Part shown: piece after piece, positions 24,701 to 41,700 of the stretch
Layout of the letters: every line of letters starts with the position of its first letter
Position numbering within the stretch: position 1 is the stretch's first letter
Assembly (NCBI GenBank): GCA_051313645.2
Contig: JBNRSN020000089.1
Coordinates: 2,604,001-2,668,000 of the forward strand
Reading direction: 5' to 3'
Source of the DNA: Centroscyllium fabricii
Taxonomy: Eukaryota
DNA: 64,000 bases
Program-made: the position numbers and the translations under genes
The notes under the pieces: generated by a model
The model's input: only the letters and a program-made list of their open reading frames with translations
What the model was told of the DNA's origin: nothing
The model's database searches: none

Positions 24701-26318
24701 CAATATCCATCTTTGTGCAGTATATCAGACAATGTCCATCTGTGAAAAATACATCAGACAATGTCTATCTGTGTACAGTACATCAGACAATGTCTATCTG
24801 TGTACAATACATCAGACAATGTCCATCTGTGTACAGTACATCAGACAATGTCCTTCTGTATACAGTACATCAGACAATGTCCATCTGTGTACAATACATC
24901 AGACAATGTCCATCTGTGTACAATGCGTCAGAAAATTTCCATCTGTGAACAATACATCAGATAATATCCATCTGTGTACAGTACATCAGACAATGTCCAT
25001 CTTTGTACAATACATCAGAAAATGTCCATCTGTGAACAATACATAAGACATTATACATCTGTGTACAATACATCAGACATTATCCATCTGTGCAATATAT
25101 CAGAAAATTTCCATCTGTGAACACTACATAAGACATTATCCATCAGTGTACAATACATCAGACATTAACCATCTGTATACAATACATCAGTTATTATCCA
25201 TCTGTTTACAATACATCAGAAAATGTCCAACTGTGTACAATACATCAGACAATATCAATCTGTACAATACATCAGGCAATGTCTATCTGTGAACAATACA
25301 TCAGACAATACCCATCTGTGAACAATACATCAGACAATGTCCATCTGTGTACAATACATCAGACAATATCCATCTGTGTACAAATCATCAGAAAATATCC
25401 ATCTTTGTACAGTACATCAGACAATGTCCATCTGTGTACAATACATCAGACAATATCCATCTGTGTACAATACATCAGACAATGCCCATCTGTGAACAAA
25501 ACATCAGACAATATCCATCTGTGTACAATACATCAGATAATGTCCATCTGTGTTCAGTACATCAGACAATGTCCATCTGTGTACAGTACATCAGACAATG
25601 TCCATCTTTGAACAGTACATCAGACAATGTCCATCTGTGTACAATACATCAGACACTGTCCATCTGTGTACAATACATCAGAAAATGTCCATCTGTGAAC
25701 AACACAGAATACATTATCCATCTGTGTACAATACATCAGACATTATCCACCTGTGAACAATACATCAAACAATATCCATCTGTGTACAATATATCAGACA
25801 AATGTCCATCTGTGTACAATACATCAGACAATATCCATCTGTGTACAATACATCAGACAATGTCCATCTGTGTACAATACATCAGACAATATACATCTGT
25901 GAACAATATATCAGAAAATGTCCACCTGTGCACAATACATACGCGAATATCAATCTGTGTACAATACATCAGAGATTATCTATCTGTGTACAATACATCA
26001 GACAATATCCATCTATGAATAATACATCAGAAAATGTCCATCTGTGTACAATACATCAGACATTATCCATCTGTGAACAATACATCAGACAATAACCATC
26101 TGTGTACAATATATCAGACAATATCCATCTGTTTACAATATATCAGAAAATATCCATCTGTGTAAAATACGTCAGAAAATTTCCATCTGTGAACAATACA
26201 TCAGACAATGTCCATCTGTGTACAATACATCAGACAATGTCCATCTGTGTACAGTACATCAGACAATGTCCATCTGTGCACAGTATATCTGACAATGTCT
26301 TTCTGTGTACAGTACATC

Positions 26319-29300
26319 AGACAATGTCCATCTGTGTACAATACATCAGACACTGTCCATCGGTGTACAACAGATCAGAAAATGTCCATCTGTGAACAAT
26401 ATATCAGACAATATCCATTTGTGTACAATACATCAGACAATGTCCATCTGTACAATACATCAGACAATTTCCATCTGTGTACAATACATCAGACATTATC
26501 CATCTGTGTACAATACATCAGACAATGTCCATCTGTGAACAATACATCAGATAATATCCATCTGTGAACAATACATCAGACAATGTCCATCTGTGTACAA
26601 TACATCAGACAATATCCATCTGTGTACAATACATCTGACAATATCCTTCTGAATTCAGTACATCAGACAATGTCCATCTGTGTAGAGTACATCAGACAAT
26701 GTCCTTCTGTGTACAGTATATCAGACAATTTCCATCTGTGTACAATACATCAGACTCTGTCCATCTGTGTACAATACATCAGAAAATGTCCATCCGTGAA
26801 CAATACATCAGACAATATCCATCTGTGTACAATACTTCAGATAATGTCCATCTGTACAATACATCAGACAATGTCCATCTGTGTACAATACATCAGACAT
26901 TATCCATCTGTGTACAATACATCAGACCATGTCCATCTGTGAACAATACATCAGACAATATCCATCTGTGAACAATACATCAGACAATGTCCATCTATGT
27001 ACAATACATCAGACAATATCCATCTGTGTACAGTACATCAGACAATGTCCATTTGTGAACAATACATAAGACATTATCAATCTGTGTACAATATATCAGA
27101 CATTATCCATCTGTGTACAATACATCAGACAATATCCATCTGTGAATAATACATCAGAAAATGTCCATCTGTGTACAATACATCAGACATTATCCATCTG
27201 TGTACAGTACATCAGACAATGTCCATTTGTGAACAATACATAAGACATTATCAATCTGTGAACAATAGATCAGACAATAACCATTTGTGTACAATACATC
27301 AGACAATATCCATCTGTGTACAATACATCAGAAAATGTCCATCTGTGTACAATACATCAGACAATATCCATCTGTGTACAATACATCAGACATTATCCAT
27401 CTGTGAACAATACTTCAGATATTATCCATCTGTGTACAATACATCAGACATGGTCCATCTGTGAACAATACATCAGAAATTATCCATCCTTGTACAAAAC
27501 ATCTGAGAATGTCCATCTGTGTACAATACATCAGACAATGTCCACCTATGAAAAATACATCAGATAATATCCATCTGTGAACAATATATCAGACAATATC
27601 CATCTGTGTACAATACATCAGACAATGTCCATCTGTACAATACATCAGACAATGTCCATCTGTGTACAATACATCAGACATTAACCATCTGTGTACACTA
27701 CATCAGACAATGTCCATATGTGAACAATATATCAGACAATATCCCTCTGTGAACAATACATCAGACATTGTCATTTGTGTACAATATATGAGACAATATC
27801 CATCTGTGTCCAATACATCAGGCAATATCCATCTGTGTGCAGTATATCAGACAATGTCCATCTGTGAACAATAATTCAGACAATGTCCATCTGTGTACAA
27901 TACATCAGACAATGTCCAACTGTGTACAGTACATCAGACAATGTCCATCTGTGTACAGTACATCAGACAATGTCCTTCTGTATACAGTATATCAGACAAT
28001 ATCCATCTGTGTACAATACATCAGACAATGTCCATCTGTGTACAATACGTCAGAAAATGTCCATCTGTGAACAATACATCAGACAATATCCATCTGTGTA
28101 CAATACATCAGACAATGTCCATCTGTGTACAATACATCAGAAAATGTCCATCTGTGAACAATACATAAGACATTATACATCTGTGTACAATACATCAGAC
28201 ACTGTCCATCTGTGTACAATACATCAGAAAATGTCCATCTGTGTACAATACATAAGACATTATACATCTGTGTACAATACATCAGACACTGTCCATCTGT
28301 GGACAATACATCAGAAAATGTCCATCTGTGTACAATACATCAGAAAATATCCATCTGTGTACAATACATCAGACAATGTCCATCTGTGTACAATACATCA
28401 GACAATATCCATCTGTGAACAATACATCAGACAATATCCATCTATGTACAGTACATCAGACAATGTCCATCTGTGTACAGTACATCAGACAATGTCCTTC
28501 TGTGTACAGTATATCAGACAATGTCCATCTGTGTACAATACATCAGACTCTGTCCATCAGTGTACAATACATCAGAAAATGTCCATCTGAGAACAATACC
28601 TCAGACAATATCCATCTGTGTACAATACATCAGACAATGTCCATCTGTACAATACATCAGACAATGTCCATCTGTGTAAAATACATCAGATATTATCCAT
28701 CTGTGTACAATACATCAGACCATGTCCATCTGTGAACAATACATCAGACAATATCCATCTGTGAACAATACATCAGACAATGTCCATCTGTGTACAATAC
28801 ATCAGAAAATATCCATCTGTCTACAATACATCAGACAATATCCATGTGTGTACAGCACATCAGACAATGACCATCTGTGTACAGTAAATCACACAATATC
28901 CATCTGTGTACAATACATCAGACAATGTCCAACTGTGAAGAATACATAAGACATTATCAATCAGTGTACAATACATCAGACATTATCCATCTGTGTACAA
29001 TACATCAGACAATATCCGTCTGTGAATAATACATCAGAAAATGTCCATCTGTGTACAATACATCAGACATTATCCATCTGTGAACAATACATCAGACAAT
29101 ATCCATCTGTGTATAATACATCAGACAATATCCATCTGTGTACAATACATCAGAAAATGTCCATCTGTGTACAATACATTAGACAATATCCATCTGTGTA
29201 CAATACTTCAGACATTATCCATCTGTGAGCAATACATCAGACAATATCCATCTGTGTACAATACATCAGACATGGTCCATCTGTGAACAATACATCAGAC

Positions 29301-32300
29301 ATTATCCATCATTGTACAACACAAAAGACAATATCCATCTGTGTACAATACATCAGACCATGTCCATCTGTGTACAATCCATCAGACAATATCCATCTGT
29401 GTACAATACATCAGAGAATGTCCATCTGTGTACAATATATCAGACAATGTCCATCTGTGTACACTACCTCAGACAATGTCCATCTGTGAACAATAAATCA
29501 GACAATATCCATTTGTGAACAATATATCAGACAATGTCCATCTGTGTACAATGCATCAGACAATATCCATCTGTGAACAATTCATCAGACAATGTCCATC
29601 TGTGTACAATACATCAGAAAATGTCCATCTGTGTACAATACATCAGACATTATCCATCTGTGTACAACATATCAGAAAATGTACATCTGTGAACACTACA
29701 TAAGACATTATCCATCTGTGTTCAATAAATCAGACATTTTCAATCTGTATACAATACATCAGATATTATCCATCTGTGTACAATACATCAGACAATATCC
29801 GTGTCTGTGAACAATTCATCAGACAATGTCCATCTGTGTACAATACATCAGACAATGTCCATCTGTGTACAATACATAACACAATGTCCAGCTTGTGTAC
29901 AATACATCAGGCAATGTCCATCTGTGTACAATACATCAGACAATATCCATCTGTGAACAATATATCAGACAATATCCATCTGTGAACAATACATCAGACG
30001 ATATCCATCTGTGTACAATACATCAGACAATGTCCATCTGTACAAAACATCAGACAATGTCCATCTGTGTACAATACATCAGACATTAACCATCTGTGTA
30101 CAATACATCAGACAATGTCCATCTTTGTACAATAAATCAGACAATATCCATCTGTGAACAATACATCAGACAATGTCCATCTGTGTACAATACATCAGAC
30201 AATGTCCATCTGTACAATACATCAGAAAATGTCCATCTGTGTACAATACATCAGACATTATCCATCTGTGTACACTATATCAGACAATGTCCATCTGTGA
30301 ACAATAAATCAGACAATATCCATCTGTGAACAATACATCAGACAATGTCCATCTGTGTACAATACATCAGACAATATCCATCTGTGTACAATACATCAGA
30401 CAATATCCATCTGTGTACAGTGTATCAGACAATGTCCATCTGTGAACAATACTTCAGAAAATGTCCATCTGTGTACAATACATCAGACAATGTCCATCTG
30501 TGTACAGTACATCAGACAATGTCCATCTGTGTACAGTACATCAGACAATATCCTTCTGTATACAGTACATCAGACAATGTCCATCTGTGTACAATACATC
30601 AGACAATGTCCATCTGTGTAGAATACGTAAGAAAATATCCATCTGTGTACAATACATCAGACATTATCCATCTGTGTACAATTTATCAGAAAATGTACAT
30701 CTGTGAACACTGCATAAGACATTATCCATCTGTATACAATACATCAGACATTATCCATCTGTATACAATACATCAGATATTATCCATCTGTGTACAATAC
30801 ATCAGACAATATCCATCTGTGAACAATTCATCAGACAATGTCCATCTGTGTACAATACATCAGACAATGTCCATCTGGGTACAACATATCAGACAATATC
30901 CAACTGTGTACAATACATCAGACAATGTCCATCTGTGTACAATCCATCAGACAATATCCATCTGTGTACAATACATCAGACAATATCCATCTGTGTACAA
31001 TACATCAGAAAATGTCCATCTGTACAATACATTAGACAATGTCCATCTGTGTACAATACATCAGACACTGTCCATCGGTGTACAACAGATCAGAAAATGT
31101 CCATCTGTGAACAATATATCAGACAATATCCATTTGTGTACAATACATCAGACAATGTCCATCTGTACAATACATCAGACAATTTCCATCTGTGTACAAT
31201 ACATCAGACATTATCCATCTGTGTACAATACATCAGACAATGTCCATCTGTGAACAATACATCAGATAATATCCATCTGTGAACAATACATCAGACAATG
31301 TCCATCTGTATACAATACATCAGACAATATCCATCTGTGTACAATACATCTGACAATATCCTTCTGAATTCAGTACATCAGACAATGTCCATCTGTGTAG
31401 AGTACATCAGACAATGTCCTTCTGTGTACAGTATATCAGACAATTTCCATCTGTGTACAATACATCAGACTCTGTCCATCTGTGTACAATACATCAGAAA
31501 ATGTCCATCCGTGAACAATACATCAGACAATATCCATCTGTGTACAATACTTCAGATAATGTCCATCTGTACAATACATCAGACAATGTCCATCTGTGTA
31601 CAATACATCAGACATTATCCATCTGTGTACAATACATCAGACCATGTCCATCTGTGAACAATACATCAGACAATATCCATCTGTGAACAATACATCAGAC
31701 AATGTCCATCTATGTACAATACATCAGACAATATCCATCTGTGTACAGTACATCAGACAATGTCCATTTGTGAACAATACATAAGACATTATCAATCTGT
31801 GTACAATATATCAGACATTATCCATCTGTGTACAATACATCAGACAATATCCATCTGTGAATAATACATCAGAAAATGTCCATCTGTGTACAATACATCA
31901 GACATTATCCATCTGTGTACAGTACATCAGACAATGTCCATTTGTGAACAATACATAAGACATTATCAATCTGTGAACAATAGATCAGACAATAACCATT
32001 TGTGTACAATACATCAGACAATATCCATCTGTGTACAATACATCAGAAAATGTCCATCTGTGTACAATACATCAGACAATATCCATCTGTGTACAATACA
32101 TCAGACATTATCCATCTGTGAACAATACTTCAGATATTATCCATCTGTGTACAATACATCAGACATGGTCCATCTGTGAACAATACATCAGAAATTATCC
32201 ATCCTTGTACAAAACATCTGAGAATGTCCATCTGTGTACAATACATCAGACAATGTCCAGCTATGAAAAATACATCAGATAATATCCATCTGTGAACAAT

Positions 32301-35300
32301 ATATCAGACAATATCCATCTGTGTACAATACATCAGACAATGTCCATCTGTACAATACATCAGACAATGTCCATCTGTGTACAATACATCAGACATTAAC
32401 CATCTGTGTACACTACATCAGACAATGTCCATATGTGAACAATATATCAGACAATATCCCTCTGTGAACAATACATCAGACATTGTCATTTGTGTACAAT
32501 ATATGAGACAATATCCATCTGTGTCCAATACATCAGGCAATATCCATCTGTGTGCAGTATATCAGACAATGTCCATCTGTGAACAATACTTCAGACAATG
32601 TCCATCTGTGTACAATACATCAGACAATGTCCAACTGTGTACAGTACATCAGACAATGTCCATCTGTGTACAGTACATCAGACAATGTCCTTCTGTATAC
32701 AGTATATCAGACAATATCCATCTGTGTACAATACATCAGACAATGTCCATCTGTGTACAATACGTCAGAAAATGTCCATCTGTGAACAATACATCAGACA
32801 ATATCCATCTGTGTACAATACATCAGACAATGTCCATCTGTGTACAATACATCAGAAAATGTCCATCTGTGAACAATACATAAGACATTATACATCTGTG
32901 TACAATACATCAGACACTGTCCATCTGTGTACAATACATCAGAAAATGTCCATCTGTGTACAATACATAAGACATTATACATCTGTGTACAATACATCAG
33001 ACACTGTCCATCTGTGGACAATACATCAGAAAATGTCCATCTGTGTACAATACATCAGAAAATATCCATCTGTGTACAATACATCAGACAATGTCCATCT
33101 GTGTACAATACATCAGACAATATCCATCTGTGAACAATACATCAGACAATATCCATCTATGTACAGTACATCAGACAATGTCCATCTGTGTACAGTACAT
33201 CAGACAATGTCCTTCTGTGTACAGTATATCAGACAATGTCCATCTGTGTACAATACATCAGACTCTGTCCATCAGTGTACAATACATCAGAAAATGTCCA
33301 TCTGAGAACAATACCTCAGACAATATCCATCTGTGTACAATACATCAGACAATGTCCATCTGTACAATACATCAGACAATGTCCATCTGTGTAAAATACA
33401 TCAGATATTATCCATCTGTGTACAATACATCAGACCATGTCCATCTGTGAACAATACATCAGACAATATCCATCTGTGAACAATACATCAGACAATGTCC
33501 ATCTGTGTACAATACATCAGAAAATATCCATCTGTCTACAATACATCAGACAATATCCATGTGTGTACAGCACATCAGACAATGACCATCTGTGTACAGT
33601 AAATCACACAATATCCATCTGTGTACAATACATCAGACAATGTCCAACTGTGAAGAATACATAAGACATTATCAATCAGTGTACAATACATCAGACATTA
33701 TCCATCTGTGTACAATACATCAGACAATATCCGTCTGTGAATAATACATCAGAAAATGTCCATCTGTGTACAATACATCAGACATTATCCATCTGTGAAC
33801 AATACATCAGACAATATCCATCTGTGTATAATACATCAGACAATATCCATCTGTGTACAATACATCAGAAAATGTCCATCTGTGTACAATACATTAGACA
33901 ATATCCATCTGTGTACAATACTTCAGACATTATCCATCTGTGAGCAATACATCAGACAATATCCATCTGTGTACAATACATCAGACATGGTCCATCTGTG
34001 AACAATACATCAGACATTATCCATCATTGTACAACACAAAAGACAATATCCATCTGTGTACAATACATCAGACCATGTCCATCTGTGTACAATCCATCAG
34101 ACAATATCCATCTGTGTACAATACATCAGAGAATGTCCATCTGTGTACAATATATCAGACAATGTCCATCTGTGTACACTACCTCAGACAATGTCCATCT
34201 GTGAACAATAAATCAGACAATATCCATCTGTGAACAATATATCAGACAATGTCCATCTGTGTACAATGCATCAGACAATATCCATCTGTGAACAATTCAT
34301 CAGACAATGTCCATCTGTGTACAATACATCAGAAAATGTCCATCTGTGTACAATACATCAGACATTATCCATCTGTGTACAACATATCAGAAAATGTACA
34401 TCTGTGAACACTACATAAGACATTATCCATCTGTGTTCAATAAATCAGACATTTTCAATCTGTATACAATACATCAGATATTATCCATCTGTGTACAATA
34501 CATCAGACAATATCCGTGTCTGTGAACAATTCATCAGACAATGTCCATCTGTGTACAATACATCAGACAATGTCCATCTGTGTACAATACATAACACAAT
34601 GTCCAGCTTGTGTACAATACATCAGGCAATGTCCATCTGTGTACAATACATCAGACAATATCCATCTGTGAACAATATATCAGACAATATCCATCTGTGA
34701 ACAATACATCAGACGATATCCATCTGTGTACAATACATCAGACAATGTCCATCTGTACAAAACATCAGACAATGTCCATCTGTGTACAATACATCAGACA
34801 TTAACCATCTGTGTACAATACATCAGACAATGTCCATCTTTGTACAATAAATCAGACAATATCCATCTGTGAACAATACATCAGACAATGTCCATCTGTG
34901 TACAATACATCAGACAATGTCCATCTGTACAATACATCAGAAAATGTCCATCTGTGTACAATACATCAGACATTATCCATCTGTGTACACTATATCAGAC
35001 AATGTCCATCTGTGAACAATAAATCAGACAATATCCATCTGTGAACAATACATCAGACAATGTCCATCTGTGTACAATACATCAGACAATATCCATCTGT
35101 GTACAATACATCAGACAATATCCATCTGTGTACAGTGTATCAGACAATGTCCATCTGTGAACAATACTTCAGAAAATGTCCATCTGTGTACAATACATCA
35201 GACAATGTCCATCTGTGTACAGTACATCAGACAATGTCCATCTGTGTACAGTACATCAGACAATATCCTCTGTATACAGTACATCAGACAATGTCCATCT

Positions 35301-35780
35301 GTGTACAATACATCAGACAATGTCCATCTGTGTAGAATACGTAAGAAAATATCCATCTGTGTACAATACATCAGACATTATCCATCTGTGTACAATTTAT
35401 CAGAAAATGTACATCTGTGAACACTGCATAAGACATTATCCATCTGTATACAATACATCAGACATTATCCATCTGTATACAATACATCAGATATTATCCA
35501 TCTGTGTACAATACATCAGACAATATCCATCTGTGAACAATTCATCAGACAATGTCCATCTGTGTACAATACATCAGACAATGTCCATCTGGGTACAACA
35601 TATCAGACAATATCCAACTGTGTACAATACATCAGACAATGTCCATCTGTGTACAATCCATCAGACAATATCCATCTGTGTACAATACATCAGACAATAT
35701 CCATCTGTGTACAATACATCAGAAAATGTCCATCTGTACAATACATTAGACAATGTCCATCTGTGTACAATACATCAGAC
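26319..35780. repeat. 4715-bp near-perfect tandem duplication within the satellite
   Basis: Rare variants (CCATCGGTGTACAACAGATC, CTTCTGAATTCAG, ACACAAAAGAC, ATCCGTGTCTG) and the ORF track recur at a constant offset of 4715 (4714 after a 1-bp deletion). Confidence 0.92.
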
Positions 35781-36863
35781 ATTATCCATCTGTGTACAAT
35801 ACATCAGACAATGTGCATCTGTGAACAATAAATCAGACAATATCCATCTGTGAACAATACATCAGACAATGTCCATCTATGTACAATACATCAGACAATA
35901 TCCATCTGTGTACAATACATCAGACAATATCCATCTGTGTATGCTATATATCAGACAATGTCCATCTGTGTACAATACATCAGACAATATCCATCTGTGT
36001 ACAATACATCAGACAATGTCCATCTGTGAACAATACATCAGACAATATCCATCTGTGTACAATACATTAGACATTATCCATCTGTGTACAATACATGAGA
36101 GAATGTACATCTGTGTACAATACATCAGACATTATCCATCTGTGTACAATACATCAGACATGGTCCATCTGTGAACAATATATCAGTGATTATCCATCTG
36201 TGTACAGCACATCAGACAATATCCATCTGTGTACAATACATCAGACAATGTCCATCTGTGTACAATCCATCAGACAATATCCATCTGTGTACAATACATC
36301 AGAGAATGTCCATCTGTGTACAATACATCAGACAATGTCCATCTTTGAACAATACATCAGAAAATATCCATCTGTGAACAATATATCAGACAATATCCAT
36401 CTGTGTACAATACATCAGACAATGTCCATCTGTACAATACATCAAACAATGTCCATCTGTGTAGAATACATCAGACATTATCCATCTGTGTACAATACAT
36501 CAGAAAATGTCCATCTGTGAACAATAAATCAGACAATATCCATCTTTGAACAATACATCAGGCAATACCCATCTGTGTACAATACATCAGACATTATCCA
36601 TCTGTATACAATACATCAGACATGGTCCATCTGTGAATAATACATCAGAGATTATCCATCTGGGTACAACACATCAGACAATATCCAACTGTGTACAATA
36701 CATCAGACAATGTCCATCTGTGTACAATCCATCAGACAATATCCATCTGTGTACAATACATCAGAGAATGTCCATCTGTGTACAATACGTCAGACAATGT
36801 CCATCTTTGAACAATACATCAGACAATATCCATCTGTGAACAATATATCAGACAATATCCAAC

Positions 36864-38795
36864 TGTGTACAATACATCAGACAATGTCCATCTATGAACA
36901 ATACATCAGACAATATCCTTCTGTGAACAATACATCAGACAATATCCATCTGTGTACAATACATCAGACAATGTCCATCTATACAATACATCAGACTATG
37001 TCCATCTGTGTACAATACATTAGACGTTATCCATCTGTGTACAATACATAAGAAAATGTCCATCTGTGAACAATAAATCAGACAATATCCATCTGTGAAC
37101 AATACATCAGACAATGTCCATCTGTGTACAATACATCAGACAATATCCATCTGTGTACAATACATCAGAGAATATCCATCTGTGTACAATACATCAGACA
37201 TTGTCCATCTGTACAATACATCAGACAATGTCCATCTGTGTACAATATATTAGACGTTATCCATCTGTGTACAATACATAAGAAAATGTCCATCTGTGAA
37301 CAATAAATCAGACAATATTCATCTGTGAACAATACATCAGACAATGTCCATCTGTGTACAATATATCAGACAATATCCATCTGTGTACAATACATCAGAC
37401 AATATCCATCTGTATACATTATATCAGACAATGTCCATCTGTGTACAATACATCAGACAATATCCATCTGTGTACAATAAATCAGACAATGTCCATCGGT
37501 GAACAATATATCAGACAATGTACATCTGTGTACAATACATCAGACAATGTCCATCTGTGTACAGTACATCAGACAATGTCCATCTGTGCACAGTACATCA
37601 GACAATGTCTTTCTGTGTACAGTACATCAGACAATGTCCATCTGTGTACAATACATCAGACACTGTCCATCTGTGTACAATACATCAGAAAATGTCCATC
37701 TGTGAACAACACATCAGACAATATCCATTTGTGTACAATACATCAGACAATGTCCATCTCTACAATACATCAGACAATGTCCATCTGTGTTGAATACATC
37801 AGACATTATCCATGTGTGTACAATACATCAGACAATGTCCATCTATGAACAATACATCAGACAATATCCTTCTGTGAACAATACATCAGACAATATCCAT
37901 CTGTGTACAATACATCAGACAATGTCCATCTATACAATACATCAGACTATGTCCATCTGTGTACAATACATTAGACGTTATCCATCTGTGTACAATACAT
38001 AAGAAAATGTCCATCTGTGAACAATAAATCAGACAATATCCATCTGTGAACAATACATCAGACAATGTCCATCTGTGTACAATACATCAGACAATATCCA
38101 TCTGTGTACAATACATCAGAGAATATCCATCTGTGTACAATACATCAGACATTGTCCATCTGTACAATACATCAGACAATGTCCATCTGTGTACAATATA
38201 TTAGACGTTATCCATCTGTGTACAATACATAAGAAAATGTCCATCTGTGAACAATAAATCAGACAATATTCATCTGTGAACAATACATCAGACAATGTCC
38301 ATCTGTGTACAATATATCAGACAATATCCATCTGTGTACAATACATCAGACAATATCCATCTGTATACATTATATCAGACAATGTCCATCTGTGTACAAT
38401 ACATCAGACAATATCCATCTGTGTACAATAAATCAGACAATGTCCATCGGTGAACAATATATCAGACAATGTACATCTGTGTACAATACATCAGACAATG
38501 TCCATCTGTGTACAGTACATCAGACAATGTCCATCTGTGCACAGTACATCAGACAATGTCTTTCTGTGTACAGTACATCAGACAATGTCCATCTGTGTAC
38601 AATACATCAGACACTGTCCATCTGTGTACAATACATCAGAAAATGTCCATCTGTGAACAACACATCAGACAATATCCATTTGTGTACAATACATCAGACA
38701 ATGTCCATCTCTACAATACATCAGACAATGTCCATCTGTGTTGAATACATCAGACATTATCCATGTGTGTACAATACATCAGACAATGTCCATCT
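36864..38795. repeat. 951-bp tandem duplication within the satellite
   Basis: Identical translated tracks at 37124/38075, 37354/38305 and 37518/38469. Shared rare variants TTAGACGTTAT and GTGTTGAATAC. Confidence 0.9.
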
Positions 38796-41700
38796 GTGAA
38801 CAATACTTCAGATAATATCCATCTGTGAACAATACATCAGACAATGTCCATCTGTGTACAATACATCAGACAATATCCATCTGTGTGCAACACGTCAGAC
38901 AATATCCATCTGTGTACAGTACATCAGACAATGTCCATCTGTGTACAATACATCAGACAATATCCATCTGTATACAATACATCAGACAATGTCCATCTGT
39001 GAACAATACTTAAGACATTATCAATCTGTGTACAATACATCAGACGTTATCCATCTGTGTACAATACATCAGACAATATCCATCTGTGAATAATACATCA
39101 GAAATTGTCCATCTGTGTACAATACATCAGACATTATCCATCTGTGAACAATACATCAGACCATAACCATCTGTGTACAATATATCAGACAATATCAATC
39201 TGTGTACAATACATCAGACAATGTCCATCTGTGTACAATACATCAGACAATATCCATCTGTATACAATACATCAGACAATGTCCATCTGTGAACAATACA
39301 TAAGACATTATCAATCTGTGTACAATACATCAGACGTTATCCATCTGTGTACAATACATCAGACAATATCCATCTGTGAATAATACATCAGAAATTGTCC
39401 ATCTGTGTACAATACATCAGACATTATCCATCTGTGAACAATACATCAGACCATAACCATCTGTGTACAATATATCAGACAATATCAATCTGTGTACAAT
39501 ACATCAGACAATATCCATCTGTGTACAATACATTAGACATTATCCAACAGTGCACAATAAATCAGACAATGTCCAGCTGTGTACAATCCATCAGACAATA
39601 TCCATCTGGGTACAATACATCAGACATGGTCCATCTGTGAACAATATATCAGAGATTATCCCTCTGTGAACAACACATCAGACAATATCCAACTGTGTAC
39701 AATAAATCAGACAATGTCCATCTGTGTACAATCCATCAGACAATATCCATCTGTGTACAATACATCAGAGAATGTCCATCTGTGTACAATACATCAGACA
39801 ATGTCCATCTTTGTACAAGACATCAGACAATATCCATCTGTGAACAATATATCAGACAATATCCATCTTTGTACAATACATCAGACAATGTCCATCTGTA
39901 CAATACATCAGACAATGTCCATCTGTGTACAATACATCAGACATTATCCATCTGTGTACAATACATCAGACAATGTCCATCTGTGAACAATAAATCAGAC
40001 AATATCCATCTGTGAACAATACATCAGACATCATCCATCTGTGTACAATACATCAGACATTATCCATGTGTGTACAATACATCAGACATGGTCCATCTGT
40101 GAACAATACATCAGAGATTATCCATCTGGGTACAACAAATCAGACAATATCCAAATGTGTACAATACATCAGACAATGTCCATCTGTGTACAATTCATCA
40201 GACAATATCCATCTGTGTACAAAAGATCAGAGAATGTCCATCTGTGTACTATACATCAAACAATGTCCAACTTTGAACAATACATCAGACATATCCATCT
40301 GTGAACAATATATCAGACAATATCCATCTGTGTACAATACATCAGACAATGTCCCTCTGTACAATACATCAGACAATGTCCATCTGTGTACAATAAATCA
40401 GACATTATCCATCTGTGTACAATACATCAGACAATGTCCATCTGTGAACAATAAATCAGACAATATCCATCTGTGAACAATACATCAGACAATGTCCATC
40501 TATGTTCAATAAATCAGACAATATCCATCTGTGTACAATACATCAGACAATATCCATCTGTGTACGGTATATCAGACAATGTCCATTTGTGTACAATACA
40601 TCAGATAATATCCATTTGTGTACAATACATCAGACAATGTCCATCTGTGAACAATACATCAGGCAATGTCCATCTGTGTACAATACATCAGACAATGTCC
40701 ATCTGCGTACAGTACATCAGACAATGTCCATCTGTGTACAATACATCAGACAATGTCCTTCTGTGTACTGTTCATCAGACAATGTCCATCTGTGTACAAT
40801 ACATCAGACACTGTCCATCTGTGTACAATACATCAGAAAATGTCCATCTGTGAACAATACATCAGACAATATCCATCTGTGTACAATACATCAGACAATG
40901 TCCATCTGTGAACAATACATCAGACAATATCCATCTGTGAACAATACATCAGACAATGTCCACCTGTGTACAATACATCAGACAATATCCATCTGTGTAC
41001 AATACATCAGACAATATCCATCTGTGTACAGTACATCAGACAATGTCCATCTGTATACAATACTTCAGACAATATCCTTCTGTGTACAATACATCAGACA
41101 ATGTCCATCTGTGAACAATACATCAGACAATGTCCATCTGTGTACAATACATCAGACATTGGCCATCTGTGTACTGTACATCAGACAATGTCCATCTGTG
41201 TACAGTACATCAGACAATCTCCTTCTTTGAACAGTACACCAGGCAATGTCCATCTGTGTACAATACATCAGACATTTTCCATCTGTGTAACATACATCAG
41301 AAAATGTCCATCTGTGAACAATACATAAGGAAATATCCATCCGTGTACAGTACATCAGACAATGTCCATCTGTGTACAATACATCAGAAAATATCCATCT
41401 GTGAAGAATACATATGACATTATCAATCTGTGTACAATACATCAGATATTATCCATCTGTGAACAATACATCTGACATTATCCATCAGTGTACAATACAT
41501 CAGACATTATCCACCTGTGAACAATATAACAGACAAAGGTCCATCTGTGTACAATACATCAGACAATATCCATCTGTGTACAATACATCAGACAATGTCC
41601 ATCTGTGTACAATAGATCAGACAAAATCCATCTGTGAATAATACATCAGAAAATGTCCATCTGTGTACAATACATCAGACATTATCCATCTGTGAACAAT

